From Octopus bimaculoides (taxonomy: Eukaryota), in contig NC_068986.1 of the NCBI RefSeq assembly GCF_001194135.2, positions 66,319,454 to 66,383,453 on the forward strand: a DNA stretch of 64,000 nt. Reading direction: 5' to 3'. Below the pieces are notes generated by a model, which was given only the letters and a program-made list of their open reading frames with translations, made no database searches and was not told the DNA's origin. Each line of letters begins with the position of its first letter. Position 1 is the first letter of the stretch. The position numbers and the translations under genes were made by a program. Shown here in pieces: positions 1-12,100 of the stretch.

Positions 1-257
1 AACCCCAAGGTTCCGAGTTCGATTCACGGCAGCGACCTGATTAATAATAATAATAATAATATAATAATAATAATAATAATAGTAACATCGATAGGAATGA
101 GAACCCAGGTTCGAAATTTCCCCAAGACACCTGACGAAGGCTGGAGGGTATATCAGCCGAAACGTTGTGTTAACAACAAACAAGATGAGGACGAATATCC
201 GTCAAATGTAGATAATGTAAATAATGTAAATAATTCCTCATCTCTTAAATATAGAAC

Positions 258-258
<1 letters not shown>
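1..258 (+). mobile_element. Stand-alone copy of a Penelope-like terminal repeat (tRNA-like head, (TAA)n, hammerhead); 5' end cut by window edge
   Basis: Near-identical to the reverse complement of 28278-28480. Contains B-box-like GAGTTCGATTC, (TAA)n and CTGACGA...GAAAC, and is followed by (TA)n. Confidence 0.8.
126..171 (+). ncRNA. Minimal type I hammerhead ribozyme motif
   Basis: Stem I GACAC/GTGTT; core CTGACGA(A); stem II GGCTG-10nt-CAGCC; GAAA; palindromic stem III ACGT; cleavage triplet GUU. Confidence 0.75.
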
Positions 259-288
<30 letters not shown>

Positions 289-377
289 GCACATACAGAC
301 ACACACAAATATATACCTATATATATATATATATATATATATAGTTGTGGAGCATTCGGGCAGTGGTATAGTTTCAC

Positions 378-577
378 TGTGGCTGGCTCACACTGTTCTA
401 AATCAGATGTTGATGCATCATTCATATCGACTGTGACATTCTCTGGGCATGGGCATGGACAAGGTCCGCAAGGCCCACAAGGCGAACACTCCTTGGGCGC
501 TACTTCAATTGAGTAAGTTTCACATGGTTTTGGTATCAGTTGTGATAACATGGTGGCCACCTTTGTTTGTTCCGCTG
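378..577 (-). CDS. Candidate exon of an unnamed Cys/Pro-rich protein (PKPCET...CSPCGPCGPCPCPCP...); 3' boundary uncertain
   Basis: Open frame; synonymous variation across CxP repeats (TGT/TGC, GGG/GGA); acceptor tttgttttccatgtggtag at 578; internal GCCACCATG at 551; only a weak donor (ACA|GTGAAA). Confidence 0.45.
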
Positions 578-609
578 CTACCACATGGAAAACAAACTTC
601 AACCAGCTA

Positions 610-885
610 TTCTGATTATATGTCTGTGCACACGTTTGAATGTGGTGTGTGCCAGAGGGCTTGCAAATCCAATGGGGGTGTTAAAAGACATGTTAGGATC
701 CACAATGAGCAGAACTTACCTGCAGGTATTGGTAGTACAAATCAGAGGTGCAATCTGTGTGGGTGTTTTTTCAAAACATTGTCTGGTTTAAAAAGCCACA
801 TCAGACGCCATGAAAGGGCTAAGGTGTAGGTGCAGGAGGTGGTCAAACTCTGTGTAAGGAGTAGACAACCACCACATATATATAT
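610..885 (+). mobile_element. Two C2H2 zinc fingers ending an ORF, probably the 3' end of an RTE-type LINE (alternatively a ZNF gene exon)
   Basis: CGVCQRACKSNGGVKRHVRIH and CNLCGCFFKTLSGLKSHIRRH, stop at 829, short trailer, then (TA)n; no TGEKP linker. Confidence 0.55.
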
Positions 886-2369
886 ATATATATATATATA
901 NNNNNNNNNNNNNNNNNNNNNNNNNNNNNNNNNNNNNNNNNNNNNNNNNNNNNNAGCCAAGACAAATACAATTGTAGTCTTGGAAGCTGTAGAGTCACTC
1001 AAGGATACAAGATGAGCGTTATTTGTAATTCAATGGTACAACAGTGTAAGCGTTTGCTTTGAGATATACTTAGATTGTGATTTCTGCAATGTGGTGCATA
1101 AATTATCAAGTAAAGGAGAGGATTCAGTTGCAAAGTGTTATTTTGAGTAAAGTTATTTGGTTGCTGACCTCCTTTGAGTCTTTTTATTATCACTGGGTCA
1201 GAGATAGTCTCCAGATGGTGACATTGATTTCAAAGCCTTTCCAGATAAGTAATTGGTCATTCAAAGAGATTTATAGATTGCAAATTTATTCTGTCCAGTT
1301 AACTATTGGCATAGTGATCATTGGCAAACTCCAGAGCTGACACTTTCATTTCCCCTTAGCCCTCATGTCACACAATTGTTAATGTTTATTTGAGTTGGGT
1401 CACGTCTTCCAATTGCTATAGATCCATAATGCATCTTGCGGCTGTGCCCATCACCTATATGGTGAGGAATCCTACATTGGGGAGTGGTATCGACTAGGGT
1501 AGGGTAGTAGACTGCTTATTGTGATCATTCATATTTTGGTTTCCTGTAGCTTTGCTCTCTTTTAGAAACCCAGTGAACATTCATATGTTTCCGATTTCAA
1601 AGAAATTTGAACAATAGATATAAGACCCAAGTTAAAAAAGATTCTCAACAATTCAACTTCTCTGGTTGAATTNNNNNNNNNNNNNNNNNNNNNNNNNNNN
1701 NNNNNNNNNNNNNNNNNNNNNNNNNNNNNNNNNNNNNNNNNNNNNNNNNNNNNNNNNNNNNNNNNNNNNNNNNNNNNNNNNNNNNTATGTACATGTATTA
1801 AATGCACACTTTTCTATGCTTGCATGGATTGAACAGAGTTTATTGAGACAGATTTTCTATGTTCTTCTGTCACCAACTCTCAGCTGTTTTCAAGGTAATA
1901 TTTCTCCATAGCCAAACATTTCTCACATAATATTGGAAATGAATGACACTGCTTGTATGGCAGTGACAATTATTTACAACTATCTGCCCGATAGCGAGGC
2001 AAAGCAACACACACACATGTATATATGTACAGACTTCTTTCAGTAACTGTTCACTAGATTTGCTCTGAAGGCTTTGGTCAGCCGAGAGCTATAGTAGAAG
2101 ACACTTACCCAAGGTGCCACTCAGTAGAACTAATCCATGTGATTGGGAAGCAAGCTTCTTACCACACAGCCATATTGGTGCCTGTGTGGGACAGGATGTA
2201 GAATGTGTGTTTTTAGTGTTTATGAGAAACTGAAGCAGGATTTGCAATCATGATCTCTAGAAATTTTTCACAAAATTTTTCTTTGTCTCTTTTTCCCTCT
2301 TTGAATGCCTTATGGGTGAAATATAAAAAAATTATTTATTTAAAGTAAAAACTTACGCAGAACGGTTTC

Positions 2370-2727
2370 AGCTTGCTTACCAACCACATGGTTCTGGGTT
2401 CAGTACCACTGTGTGGCACCTTGGGCAAGTGTCTTCTACTATGGCCTCAGGCCGACCAAAGCCTTGTGAGTGGATTTGGTAGATGGAAACTGAAAGAAGT
2501 CCATCGTATATATATATGTATGTGTGTGTGTTTGTCCCCGCAATATTGCTTGACAACCAATGCTGGTATGTTTATGTCCCTGTAACTTAGCGGTTTGGCA
2601 AAAGAGACTGATAGAATAAGTACTAAGCTGACAAAGAATAAGTCCTGGGGTCGATTTGCTCAACTAAAGATGGTGCTCCAGCATGGCCACAGTCAAATGA
2701 CTGAAGCAAATAAAAGAATAAAAGAAT
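2370..2727 (+). mobile_element. tRNA-derived SINE, family A
   Basis: Matches 23070-23483 (ccacatggttc...ggcaccttgggcaagtgtcttctacta...tgactgaa). Confidence 0.85.
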
Positions 2728-3131
2728 ATTAGTAAACTTTTTACATTAGTTATGCTATCTGAGATTTTGTGTTATTAATCTGGTCATTTATTGATATTTA
2801 TCAATAAGTAGCCAAGAAATTTTGTTTATATTAAAGGATATATATATATATATATATATTGGATTGTATATTGGATCTAATTATTTCAGAATAAGGAATG
2901 ACATCAGAAATGTAGTTATTGATCTTCTGTTTAGCAAGTTCAATGAATTTAATGTAAAAACTTTGAAAATCTGTTGATAAATGAATATATTTTGTAAGTT
3001 GATCATTAAAGAATGTGTGTGTTATGAAAAATTTAGATATATTTGTGGGTGATAAGTATAAAATGAAGAATGAATTAATCTGACTCAAATTAGTTTCATA
3101 GACTGTCACCTATTAATTGAGTCAATCTTTA

Positions 3132-3177
<46 letters not shown>

Positions 3178-3262
3178 TGATGGCATAACATAATACTTGG
3201 GGGACTTCTTTTGTCTTTGCCCCTTCCTCTCATTACTCTACTGTACTTCACATCACAAATAC

Positions 3263-3311
3263 TTGCCTCTTCAGATGTGCCATCTCTGAAGCTCCCTTCC
3301 AATTCATTAAC
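3263..3311 (-). CDS. Candidate internal exon of the divergent gene (VNELEGSFRDGTSEEA)
   Basis: Acceptor tttacctttaacttctgtag, donor CAA|gtattt; phase 0 in, phase 1 out, matching the neighbouring candidate exons. Confidence 0.4.
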
Positions 3312-4413
3312 CTACAGAAGTTAAAGGTAAATATCAACCTTATCAACTTTTGACTGTTCAGTCTGCTAGAAATAGCAACCAAATGTCCATCAAATTACAG
3401 CATTCCATCTTTAAAATGACACATTGGATTTTATCTAGAAAATAAGGAAACAAAATGATCATGGCTGGAATATCTTGATGATACAAGCCTGGGTCTGATC
3501 TAGGGCTAAACAACATCTTAAAAATCTAGTGCAATTTCTGAATGATTGTATATATGTATTATGCTTGTATTTCTTAACAATTGCATGTATATATGTATGT
3601 GAACTTTTGGATGATTGATTTGATTATCTGGAGGATTTCTCTCTGCTTTTTGATTTGTTTGGGGGATTTTAAGGTTTCTAGACATGTTCACCTATTCTTA
3701 GTATCAATTCCCTGTTTGTTATCATTTTCAGATTTATTTTCATTAGGCACTTACTCAGTTTTCTCTGAAATTCTATTCATGATTTTTTTTTCTGTCTGGG
3801 GCCTACAAGAGTCCAAACTAAGCACAACTATATCAATTTCATGAATTTGAGACAGCCTACAAAAATAATGGTGGGCAATGCATTCTGATTAATTAATATA
3901 ATAAAAAAAAATTCAGAGAAATTAAAACATTACGGTTTTATTCTCTCATTAAAATACATTATTGTTTGGTTTATGATAAAAGAAGTCTCTTATAAGTGGA
4001 CTAGTTACTGGCCTTCACATTCATTACTTTATTGATGTCACATTGTCAAATAACACTTATAGCTTTTGAAAAACATTTTCTGAAAATATTAATGGTGATG
4101 TTTGTGATGATAAAATACCTGAGATAACAAAATAATAATAATAATAATAATAATAACAATAATAATAATAATAATAATAATAATGATAACCCTTTAACAT
4201 TTAAACCAACCATATCTGGCCAAAATATTCTACCTGTTTTTTGTTCAAACTAGTCAGACCTGGTTAAAGAAGTAAAAGCAAATATTCTTTGTATCATGAA
4301 ATTAATAACAGGATACAAAACTATCCTTAAGTAACAAACCAGACAGTGAGTGCTTTGTTTTGTTGTTCCTGTATTATTTGTTTATTGTATCCTGTATTAT
4401 TTGTCATAAGACC

Positions 4414-5261
4414 GAGTTTAGTAAGTTTGTATATTGTTGTAACAGTTTTGTACTTTTACTGACAAAAATAAAATGAGAGTATAGGTTTCTTATTAACAGA
4501 AGCAGTATTAAATCAAAATAGCCATCTGTGTATCATACTTAATGTAAATACATCATTGAAAGGCAAATTTACTGTAATATTTGTCCAGAGATAATACCTT
4601 TTATGGATGTGCTGTGTTAAAAGGACATATATTGGAGGCAGGTTGAAATCATCCCAGCAGCAGCTAAAGAGAACACCAGATGCATTTTGGCCTTGTCAAT
4701 GGCATGTACTCACAGCTAGCCATTTGCTTGGATGAGATTTGCCACCCTTAATATATAGAAAAACAGTGGAAAACATTCACTGGTATTGAGAAGTCTGTCA
4801 GTTTAATAAAAATCTATTATATACAATAGAAATAGTATTAACACAAAATAGCCATCTATGTGTCATATTTAATGTAAATACACTGTTGAAAGGCAAATTT
4901 ACTGTAGTATTCATCTTATAGAAGTGCTATATTTATTGACACAATATGTATCAGAAGGAAACAAGTTGTTCCAGCAGTGGCTAGTAAGAATGCTAGATGC
5001 ATTTCAATCTCATTGAGCCTTGATAGTAGTATACATTCACAGTCAGTTACTTGTTAAGATGAGCACATCCATAAGAGGTATTATCTCTGGATGAATACTG
5101 CAGTAAATTTGCCTTTCAATGATGTATTTACATTAAGTATGATACATAGATGGCTCTTTTGATTTAATACTGCTTCTGTTGATAATAAACCTATACTCTC
5201 ATTTTATTTTTGTCAGTAAAAGTACAAAACTGTTACAACAATATACAAACTTGCTAAACTC
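4414..5261. repeat. Foldback / MITE-like element with ~200-bp inverted arms
   Basis: 4414-4613 is the near reverse complement of 5062-5261; an internal direct copy of part of the arm lies at ~4830-4915. Confidence 0.85.
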
Positions 5262-5289
5262 TTCTTCCTGTTCTTCTTTGTAGATGGCA

Positions 5290-6290
5290 AATAATGGGTT
5301 CCAACCTGAAGCAATGTGCCATCTTAGAGTTCTTTAAGAAGCAAAGGTGCAAGTTGTCCAACATCCTCAAAAAGTTGCATGTTGTTTTTAGAGATGACTC
5401 ATTTGACAAGAGTATTGTATGCTGAAGGAGGAGAAATCAGCATTGAAAACAAACCACACAGTGGCAAATCATCAACTGCAACCACTGACACAGACCACCA
5501 GCAAGTGGACAAATTGATTAGCATGGACAGATGAGCTATAACCCATGAGCTTGCTGCACAACTGGACTATGGGCACAATGAATTACTGAAGATGGTGGTA
5601 AATGTTGTGTATTGAAAAGTGTTGACACCTGATTCGAAGGAGAGAAGTGTGGAAGTCTGCTGTGATTTGCAGGAAGCTTTTGAAGCTAATGAAGATAGTT
5701 TTTTTCTGATCTGGTGCCAGGGGATGAAATGTGGCCATATCTTTCTGATCTGGAAATATAAGCTCAGTCCATGGAATGAATGCCATCTCTTCTCCAATAC
5801 CTAAGAAGTTCAAGAGCCAGCAATTGGCATAGAAAGTCATGGTAACCATTTTGAGATATGACAAGAGCATCAGTCATCTGAATTTTCTGGAATATGGTTG
5901 CACCATGAACAGTGAGATACTCAAGACAGCTTTAAAAAGCCATTAGGAGAAAGAGACTGAATTGGAATTTGAGAATTATCCATATTCACTACAACAGAGT
6001 GAGACCAAATCAAGTACTCAGCAAATTGGATGGATCACTGGTACCACATCCATCACACACTCTGGATCCAGTGCCCTCCAACTTCCACCTGTTCAATCCA
6101 ATCAATGGCAGTCTCCAGGGACAACAATTTGTTGACACAAAGTGAAAGTGATTTGATAGCACAAGCAAAGTGAAAGTGGCTGAGAAAAAGTGTACACCTA
6201 AATTTTTTCTAAGGGTATTCAAGAGTTACGTTCAACAATGTTACTAATACATTGCTTGTGAAGGAAGCTATGTATGAAGAAAGAGTTATT
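5290..6290 (+). mobile_element. Degenerate mariner transposase
   Basis: Broken-frame motifs ENKPHSGK (DDPRSGRP-like), VPGDEMW (TGDETW), KVMVTI, PHPSHTLDPVPSNFHLF (HPPYSPDLAPSDFHLF); many stops. Confidence 0.8.
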
Positions 6291-6809
6291 CTACTAACAC
6301 ATATAATTTGAACAAACTATGTCAGTTACTCAAAAAGTTGTGCCTACTTTTGCATTACTTTCAGTAAAACTCTTAGGTGTTAAAATATGTTTCTTTTGCC
6401 TTAGTTATACTTCATTTTATGGCTTACAAGGTGCTTGACTTTATAAGATACTCTTGAATTTTGAAATAAATTTTAAATGTTTTTGTATGACCTTCCCCCA
6501 ACTTAATTCTCCCAATTGTAGGGTCATTCGAAAGTTTGATGCATTCAGATCATTATAAAATCTTACTATTTTCTTTTTAAAAACTTCAAAGCTTTCATCA
6601 TAATATTTCCAAAGTTTGCTTTGTTACTACATGGTCTTGAATTTTATCTCATTGCATAGTTCAGGGCACCACACAGATAAAACTTGGGTCTTTTACTGTA
6701 GCCTCAGGCCAGCTAATACCTTGTGAATGAAAGAAAATAATAAACAGAAACTGTACAGAAACTTGTAGTGTGTGTGTATATGGGTTGTGACAGTTGAAAA
6801 CATGCGTAG

Positions 6810-7300
6810 GCTTTAAAGAAATGAGCCAGTATGGGCATAGGAGGCATCAGATGTGGTGTGCAAGAGACACGACTGTGCTGGTATGGTCATGTGATGTGTT
6901 TGGACAATGACAGCTGTGTAAAGAAGTGCCATTCTCTAACTGTGGAGGGAATCTGTGGTAGAGGTAGACTCAGGAAGACATGGGATGAGGTGATGAAGCA
7001 TGATCTTCAAACTTTGGGCCTCATAGAGGCAACCCTTGGTGATATGCTGTGCTTGAGAAGACCTGTCAAGCCAAGTGAAATCATAGTCATGGATGATGCT
7101 GGTGTCCCGTAACTAGCACCCATGCCAGTGGCACGTAAAAAAACATCTTTCAAGTGTTGGGCTCCACAGAGGCAAAATGGTCGATGCCGGTGGCATGCGA
7201 AAAGCTCCTTTCGAGTGTTGGGCTTCACGGAGGCAATGACGAATGATCAAGGCCTTTGGTATTATGTCACGCTTGAGAAGAAGACCCATCAAGCCAAGTA
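6810..7300 (+). mobile_element. RTE-type LINE 3' fragment
   Basis: ORF 6831-7112: RLCWYGHVMCLDNDSCVKKC...GRGRLRKTWDEVMKHDL, the typical RTE ORF C-terminus. Confidence 0.8.
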
Positions 7301-8694
7301 AGAAATGAAATTACATTAAAATCTCAGATCAGTCAGAGTATACTTGAATATCCACTTAAACCGCAGTCTTAGATCAACCAATGATTATTTCAATAATCAC
7401 AGATGTTGCAGTTTCAGATCAACCTTTCTCTAATGTTCTTTGATTCTGAAAGGTGAAAAGTAAAGTTAACTACTGCAGGATTTGAACTCGGAATCTAAAG
7501 AATAATAGCTAAATACCACCAGGGATTTTATCCAGAATTCTGCTAATTCTGACAGTCTATCACATTTACCATATGATATTGCTGAAAAAAAAAACAGTGT
7601 AGCGATAAATATTCTCTACCTTATCTTAAAGCATTTCTTGAAGAACCATAAATTTCTCTGGCTGTTCTACAAAAGTAAAGATGATATCTAGTGTTATCAA
7701 GAGTTAACAATGCAAAAGAATTACAGACTGAAAATGTGGAGCTCCAACTTCTGAAAGAGAAATTACTGTAAGGATGCTATATTATAATAATATGCTGATG
7801 TCTCCTCAAAAATCTCTTAAATCAGTTGTATCAAACTCACACTACAATCATTGATAATAAAAAAAATTTAAAAACTCACACCAAACAACAGATCATTTCA
7901 TCACTGCCAAACTTTGAAATATTTGAAATTCAAGGCCTGAAGGTTAAAAAATAATAATAATAAAATTTTAGAAAAAGGTAAAAAAAAAAATATGAAGGGA
8001 TTTCTGAAGGAGCAACAACATATAGGAAGTGAAAATCTTATCGTTCACCACAAAATCTTATCGTTCATTTTAAACAAACATAAGGGAATGGAGTGAACCA
8101 ACAAATTTCAACCTTATGCCACAAGCTCAAATGAACTTTAAAAAAGGCCCCACTTAATATATATGTGATAAAAGGTAATTGACGTAATGAGCTGTGCAGA
8201 CAGTCTTATGATGATAGCTACTGTTTAACAATTTCAGGCATAGTCCATTATTTCATTCAATGCAGTGGATCAAATTAAGTTGATTATTTGAAATCCTTAG
8301 ATTTGATTTTGTAATCCTGGTTACCATATGCAAGCATTCATGTGTATACACTTGTAATACTTGTACTCATGAGTGTGTACGTATATACATAGAAATTCTA
8401 CACGCATTCAATACTGTACCCCTACGATAAAATATAAAACAATAAAGTGTGCGTATATGTGTGAACATAGAGAGTGTGTGGGGTAGTAAGAAAGACTACG
8501 TTTGTAGGTTTATTGGGGAGAACTGCAAGGCTCAGTGCCCCTCAGTGATCGCGGTTTCGTCTTGAACCAACAACCTTTAAATTACCCGACACTACGTTCC
8601 TTTCTCTCTCCCTCACACACGTATGCGCACACACTGCATCAAATTTATTACATGAATTCTCACAAAAACAGGCTCTTAATCATCTCGATTTTAC

Positions 8695-8727
8695 CTTGAT
8701 AAAGGCATGGGACGTCGCGTTATCCAT
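8695..8727 (-). CDS. Candidate first coding exon of the divergent gene (MDNATSHAFIK)
   Basis: ggcgATGg start context; donor AAG|gtaaaa; lies in the CpG-retaining region. Confidence 0.4.
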
Positions 8728-9054
8728 CGCCTTCACCTCACCACCATCACCACCACACACGTAAACATTTGCTTAACAAAACCGATCACTTGTTAGTGAA
8801 TGTCACCGATCATAAAAGGTCAAGCAGTTGACTATCATAGTTAATTTATTTCATGCATGTGTATATGTGCGTTTATGTGTGTTCGTGCATTATCTAGCGA
8901 ATAGCGATTGTATGAAGAGGGGTTGAATAGAACATGAATGAGTTGGAGAGGAATAGAGGGAGGGTAAGTGAAAGAGAGAAAGAGGGAGAGGAGTTGTAGA
9001 TTGTGAGGTGTGTGTGTATATATATATATATGTATATATATATATGAACCAATA

Positions 9055-9128
9055 TTGCCTACTGCTCGCCAGATTCCGCGCAGTTCTCCTTCTGAAAACA
9101 ACGTACAAACTTCCAGTGCGCATTAAAA
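9055..9128 (+). other. ALAS: Candidate non-coding first exon of ALAS (start approximate)
   Basis: AAAA|gtaagt donor at 9129 downstream of CCAAT. The ATG exon at 26374 begins at an acceptor, so an upstream exon is required. Confidence 0.4.
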
Positions 9129-12100
9129 GTAAGTTATGTATGACAGTCCGGTTTTCTTATCGCTTTTTCCATTCAACTTACATAATATTTTCTATTTCTG
9201 ATTTTGTGTGTATGTATTATTTTTTTTTTTTCTTTTTAACTTCTGAGTATATTTAACATTGACGCCAGCTCGTTGTCTAATTTTTTAAATCTCTCTCTCT
9301 CTCTCTCTCCTGTCTTTCTCTTTTATTCTCGTTTCTATGGAATCCAAATGTTGTTGAAGAGATGCATCAAATGTACGTGATTATTGGCACGATTTAATTC
9401 TAGATTCTCCTGAAGAATCTCTTTTTCTCTCTCCTGCAATCGGTCAGATGAAGAATTTTGCGAAATGTTTAAACATCTACCAAAAATAACCTTTCGTTTG
9501 CTCTTTTTCTTTCGACAGAATGAACCGCATTTTCTCCTGCTATTATATATATGTATATATATATATAAATTTTTATCTTTATTTTTTACTATCCAAGAAG
9601 GAAAAGTAGTAATTTATATTAAACGCATCTAGTTATTTCATGTCTTTAAAAAAAAAAGAAAAGAAAAGAAGTAGTAATGATTCTCTTAATTATATTATTT
9701 AGCAGTTCTGAAATTCAGAATTAAAATAGATAAAGATCGAAGAAATTTTGAATCTATTTTCTATTTATATCTAAAGACCTCATTGACATTCTAAGCTTTA
9801 CGTATCCCATAACAACTTTCCAGCATAGTTATTTTTCTTTAGTGTGGAGGTTGTTAAGCCGTGCTTAAATATGCATAGAAGAAAATGATGCCTACCACAC
9901 ACACGTACATCACTGAGTGATAATCCGATAGAAGTAAATACAGAAAAATAGCACTGAGAAAGTTGGCGCTATGCAAGTTATTTAAAGTATGGTAGTTGTG
10001 TTTTTAGCTCGATTATATATTAAAAGGAAATGAACAAGGTTTATGTCATAAAGGTTAGCACATCTTATGTAATCATGATGGGAAAATTAACGTCTTAACT
10101 GTAACAAAACTTTACACAGTAATGTCATAAAATTGATAATTAGCTACACTACATTTTTTTTTTAAAGTTTTATAATGATCTGGTTAGTGTAATGATATAA
10201 GCTTGTCATGAATATATTAACGGCTTATTCTTTTCCTATTGTGCTATGGAAATGTGTATGAAAACCAAGTTCCCGACTCCGCAATTTGATTGTATACAAC
10301 CACCCACACATCTATTTAATGTTTTGTTGTTGACTTTTTTTTTTCTTCCTTCATTCACTTATACTCATTAGCTGGGCGAAATTTTGCACGATCCAACAAA
10401 TGTGCATTCTGTGAATGCTCGATCTATTAGAAATAGTAGCTAAATCTCCCTCAAAATACCCTTTCTGTCTTAAGAAAAAAATGGTACAATAAAAAAAATG
10501 TGTTTTAAACAACGGGATGGTCGTAGCTGAAGTGCCTTTGCTCAGCTCTACTTAATCAGGTTTGAGTAGGAGCTAGACATTAACGAAACTCAGCTCTTGC
10601 AGACCAACACTGTGTGCCTATGTACATGTGTCTATGTAAGATCCTAACACTATCTTTTATTTCACTGGTTTATTCTAATTACCTATTAGAAACTGCTGCA
10701 ATCTTTCTTTACCAAATGTCAATTAGAAACATATGGGACGTTTATTATCCCAAAATTTAAAACGTGCTGTGAATAGACAGAATATTGCAGACCTTTGGGG
10801 GTTTCTGAATGAAGCTAGTTACTAAACAATTTACTGTACACAGTGTCAGAATATCTCGCTGTGTTGAAACCACTCTTACAGCAGTAGCTTCACACTAAAT
10901 GTTTATCTCATCATCGTCAGCTACCACAGGTTTGTATTTAAGAAACCTAAGTAACTTTAATTCAATGTTGTTCCAGATGGAGTATAAGGAACCATCTTGT
11001 ATCAGCACCTTCCAACCAAGGCCCTCTTAGAGGAATTTTATCAAGGGGTCCTTTTGAGCCACTTTTTTTTTTTTTTGAGGTCCCAGGAATTTCTCAGGTA
11101 CAGTGCCCCTCCCCCACCTCCCAACAGTAAAACTTCATTGAAAGAGAAATTGTTCAGGTCAATAAAGTGAGTCTACTTAATCTCTGTAAAAGTTGCGACC
11201 AAATTTCTCTCAGATCACCCTAGCATCTTCAAAAAGAAAAAGAAAATAAAAGACAGACATGTTGAATAAAGAAATCCCAACTACACTTTACCTAAAAATA
11301 ACATGGAGATGGTCATAGCTGGAATGCTTTTGATTGTAAGTCTGCTTAATCAAAGTAGACCTGGGGTTAAACAACAGTTGTATGTATTTCTATGAAAGGC
11401 CATCCATTTATGCTGTTAGAGCTTTTCTTCTAGCATTCCTGCAAGCATTTGTTCTTTTTACAACAATGATAGAATGACTTGGATAGTTTTCATGAAAAAC
11501 TACCCAAATTAAAAGTGGATCACTGGCATCTATAAGGACTATACATAGAGGGAAACTCCTGGGGATGATTCAAGTAGTGTTGCTGTAACTTGCCCTGAAA
11601 AATCCTGGTACCTGTTTATTCACAGCTTCATGTAGAATTAAATATTGTATATAGAAATACAAAAAAAACACTCAGTAGATTTTAAATCATTACTCTTGAA
11701 CCAGCAGTCCTACACATCATTTCTATTTGGGTTTTGGGTATTTCTTGATGCCTTGAATTTTTTCTTCACTTCAGAACTGTGAATAACAACCAGGATGTCC
11801 TGACACTGCGTTAGTTTTTCTTCTGGTGTTTGTAAATTTTCTTTATAAGGAGTTAAACAAGGGTGTTGTATACCTAAGGCATTCACAAACCTTGGGAGTC
11901 AGTGCTTTACATTCAAGCAGTGTGAATGTAATTAATAGCTAAGTAATATAGTACATATTGCTAGATTCTTTGATCAAAATTTCTATAACCCAGATATGAA
12001 TAACTGAGATGATAACATGATCAATGAAATGGCATTTGGCAAATATAGTAAGAGATTATTCTCCCGTGATCATGTAGATTCATTCATTTACTGTTGCTAT

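Larger units (their letters stand above)
8440..9200. promoter_or_regulatory. Candidate bidirectional promoter region
   Basis: Visibly more CpG than flanking DNA; CCAAT at 9049; outward-facing splice donors at 8694 (-) and 9129 (+). Confidence 0.5.

Noticed and set aside
97-516. Plus-strand ORF with collagen-like GQGPQGPQGE
   Set aside because: Runs through a repeat and (TA)n; the G-X-Y is the antisense image of the CGP repeat and only a few triplets long.
2831-3109. 92-aa minus-strand ORF as another exon of the divergent gene
   Set aside because: AT-rich, runs into (TA)n, no convincing donor and no recognisable motif.
9103-9128. CAGTGC in the candidate ALAS 5' exon as an iron-responsive element
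   Set aside because: Flanks (ACTTC / GCATT) do not pair and there is no bulged C; no other CAGUGN hairpin was found by eye in the 5' region.
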